From positions 3,961 through 67,960 of the forward strand of contig CABXUO010000002.1 in NCBI GenBank assembly GCA_902515455.1: DNA of 64,000 bases, read 5' to 3'. Within the stretch, counting starts at the first letter, position 1; each line of letters opens with the position of its first letter. Source of the DNA: an uncultured SAR86 cluster bacterium (GTDB lineage: Bacteria; Pseudomonadota; Gammaproteobacteria; Magnimaribacterales; D2472). The notes beneath the pieces are model-generated. The model saw nothing but the letters and a program-made list of their open reading frames with translations, had not been told where the DNA came from and did no database searches. The translations under genes and the position numbers were made by a program. This document shows, one piece after another, positions 18,174 to 27,255 of the stretch.

Positions 18174-20264
18174 TTATAATGGAATAATATCTAAATCTTT
18201 TGATTCAGGTATATACCAAATCGGAGATGACCACGCTCGCTCTTGAATAGTTTCATGCAGGTCAGGCCTGGGCTTTTCTCCTGCCCTCAATGCGTCCCAT
18301 GTAGACCATCTGCAAGTCGGATTTTCTAGAACTCGAACATAATAAAAAGCTTTTACAGCAGGATCAAAATCTGGATCTATCCATTTAGTTTTGAGCTCTC
18401 CTGCTCCAACATCATTTGAAATGGAGCAATCATTGATATTTACGCGCGCACCATTATCAGGACAGCGATTAGTTAAAGGATCCACGGTTAGACCATCTGA
18501 GCATGCAACATCATAAACTTTTTCCTTTGGAGTTCCTGATGCAGTTTCAACCCATCCTTTAATAATTTGAACTCTTTGAAGAGGTGCTCCTAATTTATCC
18601 CGTTGAGCCCACACTAAAAATTGTGGTGTTTGATTACCTTGACTAAATAAATCAGCTCCCATAGTAACTCCTTTTGCATATGCATCTTCAACCATATCTT
18701 CAGAGTTCAAATCAATTGATTCCATATCAAAGCCGGCAAAAAACCTAACTGCCATCCTAGTTCCTGTTGTTGCGAATGTTTCTTTTCTTTTGAAGGCTTG
18801 AAAAATAGAATCCCGAGTATTTTCTTCAGCCCAAGCAACTGCCAATCCAGATGCACTCCATTGATCAAATCCTACATCAGCATAAGTCTTACCTTCAATC
18901 TGTTTTGTGCTCACTGGTTGATTGAAGTCTATTGAATATTGTGTAAGTTGGTCAATTCTATCTTGTGAAAGAGGCACACTTCCTCTTCCCATATCTGTGC
19001 CATCTAGGACACCAACTTTTGACCAATAATTATTTTCATCATAAGCACCTGCTCCAGTATGAGTATCACTGGATCCTATGAGACCAAATTTATAGGGATT
19101 GCCTCGGCCTTCCCAATCTAAAGTAAGTCCTCTTAAATATGCATCTCTCACATAGCCCCCTTGAGGCATGCTATAAGTAGGTGGTCTGCTGCCAACTCTT
19201 TTATCCATGATTTCAAAATCTGCCCATTCGTCATCTGGAGAGAGGAGTGGATGCGTATCAGATGTACCTTTAACTTGAGTCATTTCAACAACTGGCTCAT
19301 TTCTCATTCGCTTTTCAGCATATTCTTCGTTAATTGGATTACCTCTAAATGTTTCAACTTCAAACATTTGACCATTTGAGCCATTGCTGTTGTGAGGCAT
19401 CGCCAAAGAATCGACACCTTTATCTCTTAAATTATCCATCCATGTCCAAAGATCCTCTGGATTAATGGAATCAATTCTAGTCCAAGGTCTGATTGGCGCA
19501 TTTGAGGAGTTAAAAATAACATTTCTATGTAAATTACCTCCCTCTACATCTGTTGAGGTGGTAAATTCATACCCTATAAAAGTAGTAAATTTTCCAGGAT
19601 CATTGAATTCCTCAGCAGCATTTGCAACATCAGCCCATGCAGATCTATGCACATCATAATCAAAAGACTTCAGGGCTAATTGAATATTATTAGTTAACCA
19701 GGCACCAATATAATTTGGATTCCACCAAGGATGAGGTATTACTATTGCTTGTCTAACAACTGAACTAAAAAGGTCTGCTCTCTCACCAGTTGATTCGACC
19801 GTAACATTTTCAGGCCTATTCAAATTATGCATTGGTATAGTCCATTCATTTTTCGACATTTTTGATGAAGTATCAGCATAGTTTTCTATCATGCCCATGT
19901 AGAAACCATGATCAGTAACTGCGTAAAAATCTAATGGCTCTCTTAATTTCATATCAAAACCCAAGGGATGTTTAATTGCCCGACCAGTAGCAAACTTGTA
20001 TGCGTCATATGGAGTTGCAGTTACACCAAAAATATAAGCATCAAATGAATACTTTGTATGAACGTGCAGATCACCATAGTATGGATTTCTGAAGGGATTG
20101 GATGGAATATCAGTCTTATTTGATGAACTTTCGATTGAGAAATCTACTATCTCTAGGGCTGAATTACTCTGGAATATACTGAAGGAGTTAGTTGCATATA
20201 GATAAAATACAAGGGAGACAATAATCAATCCAATAAAAGATTTGCTTAATTTCATTTTTTCCAC
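18174..20264 (-). CDS. DUF3604-type protein (PHP-like metal-dependent hydrolase fold), exported; copy 1
   Basis: 696 aa with an N-terminal hydrophobic segment. Motifs YYGDLHVHT, DFYAVTDH, GYEFT, HRNVIF, PHNSN, GSSDTH, and C-terminal ERAWSSPIW. The family is recalled from memory. Confidence 0.65.
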   Translation of the reverse strand: MEKMKLSKSFIGLIIVSLVFYLYATNSFSIFQSNSALEIVDFSIESSSNKTDIPSNPFRNPYYGDLHVHTKYSFDAYIFGVTATPYDAYKFATGRAIKHPLGFDMKLREPLDFYAVTDHGFYMGMIENYADTSSKMSKNEWTIPMHNLNRPENVTVESTGERADLFSSVVRQAIVIPHPWWNPNYIGAWLTNNIQLALKSFDYDVHRSAWADVANAAEEFNDPGKFTTFIGYEFTTSTDVEGGNLHRNVIFNSSNAPIRPWTRIDSINPEDLWTWMDNLRDKGVDSLAMPHNSNGSNGQMFEVETFRGNPINEEYAEKRMRNEPVVEMTQVKGTSDTHPLLSPDDEWADFEIMDKRVGSRPPTYSMPQGGYVRDAYLRGLTLDWEGRGNPYKFGLIGSSDTHTGAGAYDENNYWSKVGVLDGTDMGRGSVPLSQDRIDQLTQYSIDFNQPVSTKQIEGKTYADVGFDQWSASGLAVAWAEENTRDSIFQAFKRKETFATTGTRMAVRFFAGFDMESIDLNSEDMVEDAYAKGVTMGADLFSQGNQTPQFLVWAQRDKLGAPLQRVQIIKGWVETASGTPKEKVYDVACSDGLTVDPLTNRCPDNGARVNINDCSISNDVGAGELKTKWIDPDFDPAVKAFYYVRVLENPTCRWSTWDALRAGEKPRPDLHETIQERAWSSPIWYIPESKDLDIIPL

Positions 20265-20363
20265 CCCTAAAGTTGTTGAAGACCAATTAATATGTCAATT
20301 GTAAGACTAAAAATGCAAGAATGCTTATACTATGTTTCTAAAAATTAAGAGCTAAATCTTAAA

Positions 20364-21725
20364 ATGATTAAATACTTCAAAAATTTTATGAGTAGGCGAA
20401 CAATATCTGCCAATATTCGAAATAAATTGATGAATACATTTTCCAGTTACGAAATTTTTAAAGATACTAGATTACAATCAGAAGCTTCAAGGCAAAATGA
20501 TCAAAGACCACATGAAGTTTTTTATTTTCATAAAGTTGACGATCCTTATTCACATTTAACCATTCAATCCGTTAAAAAACTTCAAACATCCTATGATATT
20601 AAGCTAAGGCCTGTTTTGGTGGGTAGTGAAAGTTTAGAGGCATTGCATGAACCAACTTTATACAATCATTATTGTCTTCAAGATGTGCAGCGAATTGCAC
20701 CATTCTATGGCATTGAATTTCAAGCAAAATCTTATCCAACTAAAGAGCTTGTCAGCCTGGCTAACTCAATTCTTTCTGCAGTTAATGATCAGAATTTTGT
20801 GGACATAGCTACCCAAGTAAGCTCAGCCTTGTGGCGAGGAGATTCTGTAACACTTGATGAGATTTCTTCCTCCTACTTCGCGACAACTAGCCAAGTTAAA
20901 GAGAAGTTAAAAATTGGGAACGAAATTAGAAATGGTAAAGGTTATTATTTTGGCTCAGCTTATTACTATGAAAAAGAACTTTATTGGGGCCTAGATAGAC
21001 TTCCATATTTAGAGGAAAGACTTACTGAGCTTGGAGCAAGAAAGAAATCTGAAAATAATGAAATATGCTCATTAAATCTTAAGGCTCCTAAAACTTTAGT
21101 TTCTGAGAAAAAAGTTAACCTTTATTACTATCCTTCATTAAACAGTCCTTATACCTTTGTCAGCACAAAAAGAATACGAGAGATTCGAGACGAGTACCCA
21201 ATTAACTTATTCATGAAACCAGTTTTGCCTATGCTCATGAGAAAGATGAATATACCAACTAACAAAGCAAAATATATTCTCTCAGATGCAGCTAGGGAGG
21301 GAAGAAGATATGGAAATGAAATGAAAATCATTCATTCTCCAATTGGAAATCCAGCAAGAAAGTCATATTCTTTGTTTCCTGCAATTGATAAGGCTGGAAA
21401 AGGCTTTGAATATATTGAAGCTTTGCTAAAAGCTTCCTTTCAAGATGGGATAAATATTGGCGATGATAATTTTTTAGAAAATCTGGTAACCAATTTAGAG
21501 CTCGACTGGGAATTGATTAAGAAAGATCTTTATTCAAAGCACTGGCAAAAAATACTTAAAGATAATGTTGAGGACATGTACTCTGGTAATTGCTGGGGTG
21601 TTCCAAGTTTTAAAATTACCGATGAGGACGGCTCAAACTCCTTCTTTACTTGGGGGCAAGATAGGATATGGTTACTTAAAGAAGAGATTTACAAACGTTT
21701 AGAGAAAAGCCATGAAAAATTATAA
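20364..21725 (+). CDS. Fused tandem DsbA-like / 2-hydroxychromene-2-carboxylate isomerase (kappa-GST-like) protein
   Basis: 453 aa. Two halves, each with an N-terminal beta-strand plus (D/S)PY(S/T) (VFYFHKVDDPYSHL; VNLYYYPSLNSPYTFV) and a C-terminal WG.DR motif (LYWGLDRL; FTWGQDRI). No CxxC and no signal peptide. Confidence 0.55.
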   Translation: MIKYFKNFMSRRTISANIRNKLMNTFSSYEIFKDTRLQSEASRQNDQRPHEVFYFHKVDDPYSHLTIQSVKKLQTSYDIKLRPVLVGSESLEALHEPTLYNHYCLQDVQRIAPFYGIEFQAKSYPTKELVSLANSILSAVNDQNFVDIATQVSSALWRGDSVTLDEISSSYFATTSQVKEKLKIGNEIRNGKGYYFGSAYYYEKELYWGLDRLPYLEERLTELGARKKSENNEICSLNLKAPKTLVSEKKVNLYYYPSLNSPYTFVSTKRIREIRDEYPINLFMKPVLPMLMRKMNIPTNKAKYILSDAAREGRRYGNEMKIIHSPIGNPARKSYSLFPAIDKAGKGFEYIEALLKASFQDGINIGDDNFLENLVTNLELDWELIKKDLYSKHWQKILKDNVEDMYSGNCWGVPSFKITDEDGSNSFFTWGQDRIWLLKEEIYKRLEKSHEKL

Positions 21726-23679
21726 TTATTTTTTTTTAGTAATTGTTCTTAGTTTTGTTGCATGTTCAGATCCCAATAATCTTGATCACTTTGCAGACGT
21801 CATTAAAGACCAGTCTTATGAGGATTTTCAGCTTCAATCAAGACCGCCTGCCAATCCTGACAAAAATGCGTATTTTGGTGATTTGCACGTTCATACTGCC
21901 AATTCTCTTGATGCATATACATTCGGAACAATTACATCTCCAACAGATGCATACCGATATGCTCAAGGAGATGCAATTTTACATCCATCAGGTTATCAAA
22001 TTCAGCTATCAAGACCTTTAGATTTTTATGCTGTTACTGATCATGCATATTTTCTGGGCCTTCTTAATGAAGCAGCCGATACCGCTTCAGAGTTTTCGAG
22101 ATATGAGGTTTCACAGCCGCTGCATGACTTAAATAATCCAGCTGGCACAGGCTTTATATCTCTTATGAAAAGAGCCAATCTTTTTAGACCTTTAGCTCGA
22201 TCAATTGTTGAAGGTATTGAAAATGAGGAAATTGACAGATCTCTTGTATCTAAAATTGGAAGAAGTGTATGGCAGGAAACAATTGAAGCTGCAGATAATG
22301 CATATAGACCAGGACTTTTTACTACTTTTGCTGGCTATGAATATACTTCTGGTACTGGTATATATGATAATTATTTACATCGAAATGTTATCTTTCGTAG
22401 CACTCAAAATTTACCCTTAAATCTTTTTTCTAGGGATGATCCTGATCCTGAAAAGCTTTGGGATTGGATGGATAGACTAAGAGAGAATGGAATTGAAAGT
22501 TTAGCGATACCTCATAACACAAACCTTTCTGGAGGGGCTGCATTTTCACTTTATGATTTTAATGGCGGCCCAATAGATCAAGAGTATGTTAAAAAAAGAT
22601 CTTTGAATGAGCCGTTGGTTGAAATTACCCAAACAAAAGGAACTTCTGAAACACATCCTTTCTTATCGAAGAATGATGAGTGGGCAGCTTTTGAAACAAA
22701 ATCTGGTGTTAAAGATGAGGAGCTTGTAAGTAATATTAAAGGTAGCTATGTAAGGGATGCATATTTACGTGGCTTGACTTTAGAGGAAAAAGGCATAGGT
22801 AACCCTTTTAAATTTGGCCTGATTGGATCAAGTGATACCCATGTTTCAGGCTCTTCTGAAAGTGAAGAATTCTTTTTTTCAAAAGCAGGACTATTGGATG
22901 GAGAGCCAGACTTAAGGGGCTCAATTCCTTTCAGTCGATTCTATGGAACATTTCTCAAAATTGCTCAGCCAGAAATGTTTAAAGAAGTAGATGGAAGAAA
23001 CTATTTTGCGGCAAGCACTCGTTTGATTCATTTTTCATCTTCTGGTCTAGCTGGAGTTTGGGCTGAGGAAAATACACGTGAAGCTATTTATGACGCTTTG
23101 CGTCGAAAAGAGACCTTTGCTACAAGCGGCCCACGAATGAAAGTTAGGTTTTTTGCAGGATATAATTTTGAAAATTTTCAGCTTAATGATCTATCTCTGA
23201 TTCAAGATGCTTACAAAACAAGTATGCCCATGGGCGGAACGTTAAATATTGATTCAAATAAAAATCCAACTTTTTTAGTTTGGGCAATAGCCGATCCTCT
23301 GGGTGCTCCATTACAAAGGACTCAAATTGTAAAAGGATGGCTGGAAGATGGAGAGCATAAAGAAAAAGTTTTTGATGTGGCTTGCTCTGATGAAATGAAT
23401 GTTGATCCCAGTAATCATCGTTGTCCTGATAATAATGCATGGGTAGATTTAACTGATTGTTCAATTAGTGCAGATTCAGGATCTAGAGAGATGAAGGTTT
23501 TTTGGCAAGATCCCGAATTTAAAATTAATCAAAAAGCATTTTATTACGCTAGAGTTATTGAAAATCCAGTTTGCAGGTGGTCAACATGGGATTCGATCAG
23601 AAATGGTCAGAAACCAAGATCCGATATATCTTCAACAATACAAGAAAGAGCCTGGTCTTCGCCTATTTGGTTAAAGTGA
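21712..23679 (+). CDS. DUF3604-type protein (PHP-like), probable lipoprotein; copy 2
   Basis: 655 aa. N-terminus FFLVIVLSFVAC is lipobox-like. It carries the same motif set as copy 1 (YFGDLHVHT, DFYAVTDH, GYEYT, HRNVIF, PHNTN, GSSDTH, ERAWSSPIW). 14-nt overlap with the upstream gene. Confidence 0.65.
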   Translation: MKNYNYFFLVIVLSFVACSDPNNLDHFADVIKDQSYEDFQLQSRPPANPDKNAYFGDLHVHTANSLDAYTFGTITSPTDAYRYAQGDAILHPSGYQIQLSRPLDFYAVTDHAYFLGLLNEAADTASEFSRYEVSQPLHDLNNPAGTGFISLMKRANLFRPLARSIVEGIENEEIDRSLVSKIGRSVWQETIEAADNAYRPGLFTTFAGYEYTSGTGIYDNYLHRNVIFRSTQNLPLNLFSRDDPDPEKLWDWMDRLRENGIESLAIPHNTNLSGGAAFSLYDFNGGPIDQEYVKKRSLNEPLVEITQTKGTSETHPFLSKNDEWAAFETKSGVKDEELVSNIKGSYVRDAYLRGLTLEEKGIGNPFKFGLIGSSDTHVSGSSESEEFFFSKAGLLDGEPDLRGSIPFSRFYGTFLKIAQPEMFKEVDGRNYFAASTRLIHFSSSGLAGVWAEENTREAIYDALRRKETFATSGPRMKVRFFAGYNFENFQLNDLSLIQDAYKTSMPMGGTLNIDSNKNPTFLVWAIADPLGAPLQRTQIVKGWLEDGEHKEKVFDVACSDEMNVDPSNHRCPDNNAWVDLTDCSISADSGSREMKVFWQDPEFKINQKAFYYARVIENPVCRWSTWDSIRNGQKPRSDISSTIQERAWSSPIWLK

Positions 23680-23692
23680 AATTATTAACACA

Positions 23693-24496
23693 ATGAGTAA
23701 GTCAAAAAATAATCTTGCACTTGTCACAGGCGCCTCTGACGGAATAGGAGCTGAATTCGTAAAAATTTTAGCAAGTCGAGGATATGATTTAGTTCTTGTT
23801 GCTCGTCGTGAAGAGAAACTTAAGGAGTTAGCAGTTAAATTGACCGATGAATTTGGGATCAGTTGTACTGTTATGGCAACAGATTTATCAGAGCCTAAGG
23901 CAGCTCAAAGTTTGTTCACTCGAGTCGAAGAAAGAGGCTTACAAGTAAATTTTTTAATCAATAATGCAGGACTTCTTCACAATGGATTTTTTACAAAAAT
24001 TAGCCTTGAAGCTCAAGAAAAAATGATTCAAGTTAATGTCATGGCGCTGACCACTTTAACTCATTTATATGCAGACAATATGTCCTCTAATGGAGGCGGG
24101 CATATACTTAATGTCGCTTCACTGGCAGGTTGGATGGCTATTCCAAATCAGAATGTTTACGCTGCATCAAAAGCTTATGTTGTATCTTTTTCTCAAGCAT
24201 TATCAAATGAAATGATTGCTTCAAATAGTGGGGTTAAAGTAACAGCATTATGCCCTGGTTATACAGCTACAAAAATGATGGATAATCCTGACCAAGGTGC
24301 CACTCTTCGCATTCCATCAAGTATGATGATGTCGGCTAAAGATGTTGCTGAGATTGGCATAAAAGCATGTTTTGCAGGCAAAGATATTGTAGTTCCAGGT
24401 CTTGCTAATAAGTTCACCACTATCATCACTCGTCTCTTTTCAAAATCGTTAATAACAAAGATTTTTGGTTCTTTCTACCGTAAGAATATGCACTGA
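23693..24496 (+). CDS. Short-chain dehydrogenase/reductase (classical SDR)
   Basis: Motifs TGASDGIGAE, NNAG and YAASK. Confidence 0.85.
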   Translation: MSKSKNNLALVTGASDGIGAEFVKILASRGYDLVLVARREEKLKELAVKLTDEFGISCTVMATDLSEPKAAQSLFTRVEERGLQVNFLINNAGLLHNGFFTKISLEAQEKMIQVNVMALTTLTHLYADNMSSNGGGHILNVASLAGWMAIPNQNVYAASKAYVVSFSQALSNEMIASNSGVKVTALCPGYTATKMMDNPDQGATLRIPSSMMMSAKDVAEIGIKACFAGKDIVVPGLANKFTTIITRLFSKSLITKIFGSFYRKNMH

Positions 24497-24527
24497 AAAG
24501 TTAGAATTATTTTGCTAAGGTTTTCAT

Positions 24528-25508
24528 ATGAGCGAACAAGCTATTAAAAAAATACTTATAACTGGAGCTAATGGATTCATTGGTGGATCATTGATGAGTT
24601 ATTATCAAAATAATGGTCAAGATGTTGTTGGCGTTGATCTTATTGGTAATGGTGACAATATTATAGAGGGTGATATATCTCAGCCAGAAACAATTAATCA
24701 GCAGCTACAAGAATGCGATGTGATTATTCACACAGCTGCTTTGGTCTCTAATGCAATGCAAGATTCCGATATGTGGCGAGTTAATGTCTTAGCAACCCGT
24801 AACTTAATTCAAGCAGCAAAAGAGCATAAAGTTAGACGTTTCGTTCAAATTTCATCAATAGTCGCTTACGGAAATTCTGCAGAAGGTGAGTTAGATGAAA
24901 CACATCCTGTGCATGCCGATGGTGGAAGCTATGTACTGACAAAACTAGCCTCAGAGCATGTTGTCTTAAGCGAGCAGGCTAATGATGATATAGAAGTAGT
25001 AATCATTCGACCAGGAGATGCATATGGTCCAGGTAGTCGTCCTTGGATTATTGCTCCATTGGAAGCAATTGCTAAAAATCAGTTTATGTTGCCCGAAAAA
25101 GGAGCGGGATTTTTTAGACCTATATATATTGATGATTTAGTTAGAGGTATCGCAATGGCATCGAGCCATCCAGATGCTGATGGCGAAATTTTTAATTTAT
25201 CTTGCGAGGGTTATATGTTTACCAAAGACTATTTCACCCCTCACTACCAATGGTTAGGTAAAAAGCGACCCATGGTAGTTTCGACCAACCTAGCTTTAAA
25301 AATCTCAGCCATAGCATCAAAATTAGCCGATCTTATGGGCAATCTGAATGAAGCCTCGCCATCAACAGTCAAACAGCTTTCAACTAAGAGTTGGTTTTCA
25401 ATTAAAAAAGCAGAACGAGTCCTTGGATGGAGGCCTGAAATTTCATTTGAGGAGGGCATGAAAGTAACTCATGAGTGGGCTCAGAAGGAAGGATTAGTAG
25501 GCAAATAA
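24528..25508 (+). CDS. NAD-dependent epimerase/dehydratase-family (extended SDR, 3-beta-HSD-like) protein
   Basis: 326 aa. Motifs ITGANGFIGGSL and YVLTK (YxxxK). Confidence 0.8.
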   Translation: MSEQAIKKILITGANGFIGGSLMSYYQNNGQDVVGVDLIGNGDNIIEGDISQPETINQQLQECDVIIHTAALVSNAMQDSDMWRVNVLATRNLIQAAKEHKVRRFVQISSIVAYGNSAEGELDETHPVHADGGSYVLTKLASEHVVLSEQANDDIEVVIIRPGDAYGPGSRPWIIAPLEAIAKNQFMLPEKGAGFFRPIYIDDLVRGIAMASSHPDADGEIFNLSCEGYMFTKDYFTPHYQWLGKKRPMVVSTNLALKISAIASKLADLMGNLNEASPSTVKQLSTKSWFSIKKAERVLGWRPEISFEEGMKVTHEWAQKEGLVGK

Positions 25509-25632
25509 TTTACGTAATTACTTTATAAACCTCAATTTATCATTGATTTTTTGATCACGAAAAAGGCTATACTTATGTATATAAGTAGATCTTTATGCGT
25601 TATTAAATTTTAATTATGACTTGGTGAAATCA

Positions 25633-27249
25633 ATGCGTCTGTGGAATGGATGGGGAAATGAAAATAGTGAGCTAACTATGGAGCTTAATGACGGTCTTCG
25701 AGCGTTATTAGAAGCTTTAGTAGGGCCAGGAACTTCACTTAATCAAGCAACCTTAAAAGAGGTAATTTCTAACGTACCCACTTCTCGTCTCGATGACCAT
25801 ACTCTAATTAAAACTGATCCGGAAACACGAGTACGACATGCGCGAGGTCAGAGTTTGCCAGATTGGTTAGATATGCATAGCGGCAATATTGATACATTTC
25901 CTGATGGCGTTGCATTTCCAGAATCTACAGAGCATGTAAGAGAACTTCTTGCTTATGCTAGAGAGAATGACTTAGTTGTGATTCCTTATGGTGGAGGAAC
26001 ATCAGTTGTTGGTCATATAAATCCTATGAAGAGCGACAGACCAATATTAACCATAGATATGGGAAATATGAGTTCTTTATTGAGCATTGATACTGAAAGT
26101 CAACTGGCTACTTTTGGAGCTGGAACTCCAGGTCCTGTCGTGGAAGAAGCTCTGAAAGAACATGGCTATACATTAGGTCACTTTCCACAATCCTGGGAGC
26201 TATCTACTTTAGGGGGATGGGTGGCAAGTCGATCAAGCGGTCAACAATCTCTTCATTATGGCCGCATAGAAAACATGTTTGCTGGGGGAATTATCGAAAC
26301 TATGAATGGCACCATGACAATTCCCACCATCCCAGCATCTTCAGCTGGTCCTGATATTCGTGAGATGATTCTTGGCTCTGAGGGCCGCATTGGTATTATT
26401 ACCGAAGTAACTGTACGGATAACACCTTTGCCTGAGGAAGAAAAATTCCAAGTGATCTTTTTTCCTTCTTGGCAAATTGGTATTAACGCTGCAAGAGAAT
26501 TGATTCAACAGCGAGTTGCATTGTCTATGGTTCGATTAAGTAATCCACTTGAGACAACGAGTCTATTATATATGGGTGCAGGAAGTGATACTAGTGGAGT
26601 GGTTGCACTGGAGAAATCCTTATCTGAAAAGGGTATTGGTGAAGGAAAAGTGATGATGACATTTGGAGTTACTGGCTCAGCTCGTCATTGCGAAACTGCA
26701 TATCAACTTGCAATTGATCATTGTGCTGCCCTCGGTGGTTTTGTAGATCAGTCTGGTCTTGGAGAGAACTGGGCTCATGGTCGATTCCGTGCTCCATATC
26801 TTCGTGACCCCCTTGGTGCAGAGGGATATATAGTAGATACCATGGAGACGGCAGTTGATTGGTCAAAAGTTTCTGAAGCTGCAGAAAATATAGAAGAAGC
26901 AATTCGAACTGCATTAGATGACGAGGGTGAAAGAGTTCATGCTTATACGCATTTATCTCATGTCTATGGCCAGGGATCGAGTATTTACACTACTTATTTG
27001 TTTCGCATAGGTGAAAGTTATGAGTTAGGAAAGAATAGATGGATGAAATTAAAAAAAGCTGGTGCTGATCAGATTGTCGCCCATGGTGGTACCATTAGTC
27101 ATCAGCATGGTGTTGGAAGCGATCACAAGAACTATCTTGCTGAAGAAAAGGGTGAGTTTGGCATCGCTGCAATTCATAGCTTATGCAAGCAATTTGACCC
27201 CTATGGACAAATGAATCCTGGGAAATTACTCCCTGACAATGAGCAGTAA
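25633..27249 (+). CDS. FAD-linked oxidase of the alkyl-dihydroxyacetone-phosphate synthase (AGPS)-like subfamily
   Basis: ATG at 25633; the track's TTG at 25621 is less likely. RLWNGWG opening, [53 protein letters not shown] and [11 protein letters not shown] parallel human AGPS blocks ([71 protein letters not shown]) as I recall them. Confidence 0.7.
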   Translation: [538 protein letters not shown]

Positions 27250-27255
27250 GCTATC

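Noticed and set aside
20265-20363. Looked for Fur/Zur/NikR-type metal-regulator boxes in the divergent DUF3604 control region.
   Set aside because: Only short 5-bp symmetric elements (CAATT..AATTG) are present. Nothing resembles the consensus boxes I know well enough to call.
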